This document shows positions 62,201 to 64,000 of a stretch of 64,000 nt of DNA, piece after piece; position 1 is the stretch's first letter; the number at the start of each line of letters is the position of its first letter. The position numbers and the translations under genes are program-made. This DNA is from Lingula anatina (Eukaryota; Animalia; Brachiopoda): NCBI GenBank assembly GCA_051362555.1, contig CM120648.1, positions 1,279,721 through 1,343,720 of the forward strand, read 5' to 3'. Under the pieces are notes generated by a model. The model searched no databases. It was not told where the DNA came from and saw nothing but the letters and a program-made list of their open reading frames with translations.

Positions 62201-63399
62201 GCGGCTTTTATTAGGCCTCAGTATGCCATGATTGCAATTTACGTTGAAATGTTACAAGTAGTAAAAATTTAACTTTAAAGTGACAAAAAAAGTACATCAG
62301 GAAAAGTGATAGATGCCCTTGAATTTTGTAGTGACCAAATAGAATTCAAAAACTGGTTTAAGCGTTGAGGTTAAATTTTTCATGCAATTTGACACAGGAG
62401 AAATTGGTAGCAGTTCAATGAAATGAACTAGTGCTCTTTCTTGTTTTATAACAGGACTCTCCCCGACTGCAATCAGCTTAATTAAATGAGACGCCTCCTC
62501 CTGGCTTTAATTAGTTGTAACTGAGTGAAAAAACAACACTTGAGATTCTTTACTCATGCAAGTTTAGATTGAGAGAAATGTTTACCCTGTCAGATGAATG
62601 TTTCTGACATCTTCAGAAAGGGATATGAGTTTTCCTTGATTAAAAAAAAATGTCATTTCTTTGTCATCGTCAGCTGTTCTGGTGCCAAGTTAGAAGCCTT
62701 GGATTTTTTTTCAAATTTCATAATAAATTGAAAGGGCACCTTGCTACATTATGTAGAAGTTAATAAAAGAGCAAAAACTTACAGACTACAAAATTAAAAA
62801 TGTTTTATTTGCGGCGCACCCAAACTGGTCTGTAAGTCGTGGATTTATTGGTTTTCTTCTAACTTTGCAAATGAGCAATTTCCCCAGTGGGTTCTAATTT
62901 GCCTGACCTTATACGTGTTGTATACTTTCCATTAATCTGTAGACACAAAAGTCACATGTCTGTACTCAGGCCTACACGACTACCAGACTCGGCACCGAAT
63001 GGTCCTGAATTCACCGGTATATCGGACCACACGAAAGTTGGAAACTGAAAAAAGAGAGACAGACAGTGGGTGTCGTGCTTCAAGAAAAACTAATAAGTAT
63101 TCACTCATAGCGTGATTGCAAAACGAAATTCTTCACTTTTGTTTCCATAGGAAATTGAAGAAAAACTTCAACAACAACAGGAAGAGCTGGCGCGAAGTAC
63201 ACAAAACACAACAGGACCAACGTCACAAACTTCACCCCATCCCGGCCTACGACGCACCCCGGGGACTGGGCACGCGATGAACGCTAATGGTCAGGAGCAA
63301 GGCTTCTTAAATGGCGCTCTGGCGAACATTGCCGTCATAATCGGGTTCGCAGCTTTTGCATACACGGTGAAATACGTACTGAAAAGCATAGTGGAGTGA
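46538..63399 (+). CDS. UBE2J2: Ubiquitin-conjugating enzyme E2 J2 (Ubc6 family; exons 46538-46662, 50875-51018, 52631-52721, 58409-58456, 60672-60752, 63151-63399; 245 aa)
   Basis: [111 protein letters not shown], and C-terminal anchor [21 protein letters not shown]. Intron phases are consistent. Confidence 0.96.
47688..48905 (+). repeat. Tandem duplication: two 602-bp copies (47688-48289, 48304-48905), period 616
   Basis: No differences seen by eye. Identical 91-aa ORFs at 47847 and 48463. Confidence 0.93.
50568..50665. repeat. (TAAA)n simple repeat
   Basis: Read directly. Confidence 0.9.
51323..51545. mobile_element. MITE with ~35-bp TIRs and TTA TSD (PIF/Harbinger-like)
   Basis: ccccctttacactggacggcgtcctttctgcgtcc / ggacgcagaagggacgccgtccagtgtaaaggggg, flanked by TTA/TTA. 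Confidence 0.8.
52477..52594. mobile_element. Short degenerate MITE (CAGGGGCAGATCC...ATCCACCACTG)
   Basis: Imperfect TIRs, GC-rich interior with C-tracts, imperfect tatag/tctag flanks. Confidence 0.5.
53871..58397 (+). mobile_element. Non-autonomous Helentron/HINE (DINE-1-like) element with internal tandem repeats
   Basis: 5' T-run + palindrome tatgtacagacaca-ga-tgtgtctgtacata (53875-53904), (CGY)n microsatellite, 161-bp tandem units, 3' subterminal tgtctgtacat (58364-58374), short hairpin gacagc-ttt-gctgcc, T-rich end. Confidence 0.72.
53988..54610 (+). repeat. 161-bp tandem repeat, three near-identical units plus one diverged
   Basis: ataacacgataagtggaaaaccattttacc recurs at 53991, 54152, 54313; diverged unit at 54475. 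Confidence 0.9.
59980..60128 (+). mobile_element. Short deletion derivative of the same HINE-like family
   Basis: Starts tttatatgtacagacaca and ends tatctgtatattagacaactttgctgccttgttt, matching both termini of 53871-58397. Confidence 0.6.
60818..60998 (-). mobile_element. Partial inverted copy of the 31921-32187 element
   Basis: Reverse complement of ~31921-32093 (ttctgaatctgttctaggacattctgaag...gacaaattttcgcagggg). Confidence 0.7.
61700..61907 (-). mobile_element. MITE family A copy, inverted, one end clipped
   Basis: Reverse-complement match to family A, ending gggaatatgccc-TAA. Confidence 0.85.
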
Positions 63400-64000
63400 A
63401 GTTGTAGTTGGTCTTTTCATTGACATACCGGAAAACCACTGACGCAGCAGAACTTGAACTGCGATTGATTAATGGTGACATTTTAAGTGAATTACGAGAG
63501 AAGCTCCCCTTCCTAGAAGCCTACCATCCTCAGACAAAGTGACTGAGGCGGGAGCAGGCGTATTATGAACATGGACTTTGAACTGTGTGGAATAAGTTTT
63601 TATTGATACAGTGTCTATAAAGCAAAGAGGCGAGGGAGCAGCCACATGGATTCTTCAATGTCGCCTCATTAGTTACATAAATCCCATTGGAGATTACTAC
63701 TCACAATGAAGATGTTTCACCAGGTCTTAACGGTGGTCAAATATTTTTGATCCTCGTATCATAACTCCCCCACATCGTCACTGCCCCGACGTCATTACCG
63801 CCCCTAGCCAAAAAATTATATTACCCACGTCGTTCCTCCGCATCGTCACCCCCACGCGTTGACCCCCCCCCCCCCCCCCCCCCCCGAGTCCTGTTCCTAT
63901 CTCCCCCCGGGTCTTGGGTCTTGGTACTAGTGAAGTTTTACAGTGAAGTTTTAGAATTAAGAATTATGTTTTATGTGTTGTAATTTTACTAGTAAGGAGA

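Noticed and set aside
1-64000. tRNA, rRNA or transposase/reverse transcriptase genes
   Set aside because: None recognised. All mobile elements seen are non-autonomous. Small structured RNAs cannot be excluded without Infernal/tRNAscan.

Overview
AT-rich animal (invertebrate bilaterian-like) genomic DNA with spliceosomal introns. The ORF track misses most real genes, so gene models were built by hand from GT/AG junctions and frame continuity. Left to right: (1) 225-15946, a tandem array of seven intact two-exon genes (+) for signal-peptide-bearing EF-hand proteins resembling the sarcoplasmic calcium-binding protein (SCP)/calexcitin/photoprotein fold; the array probably continues off the left edge. 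(2) NECAP (-, 7 coding exons) with two alternative last exons that both end in W-x-Q-F-stop. (3) Head-to-head with NECAP, one synaptobrevin/VAMP gene (+) built from duplicated, apparently mutually exclusive exons: a 36-nt cassette exon, 3 versions of the N-half SNARE exon, 2 of the C-half SNARE exon, 3 transmembrane exons and at least 2 terminal exons (72 or more theoretical isoforms). (4) B3GALT6 (-), intronless CDS. (5) UBE2J2 (+, 6 coding exons). Also present: several MITE families (two insertions have empty sites in paralogous array copies), a 4.5-kb Helentron/HINE-like element carrying 161-bp repeats, and a 602-bp tandem duplication with a templated junction. The two best candidates for new biology are the combinatorial VAMP exon system and the secreted SCP-like array. 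No database searches were run; family calls rest on recognised motifs.
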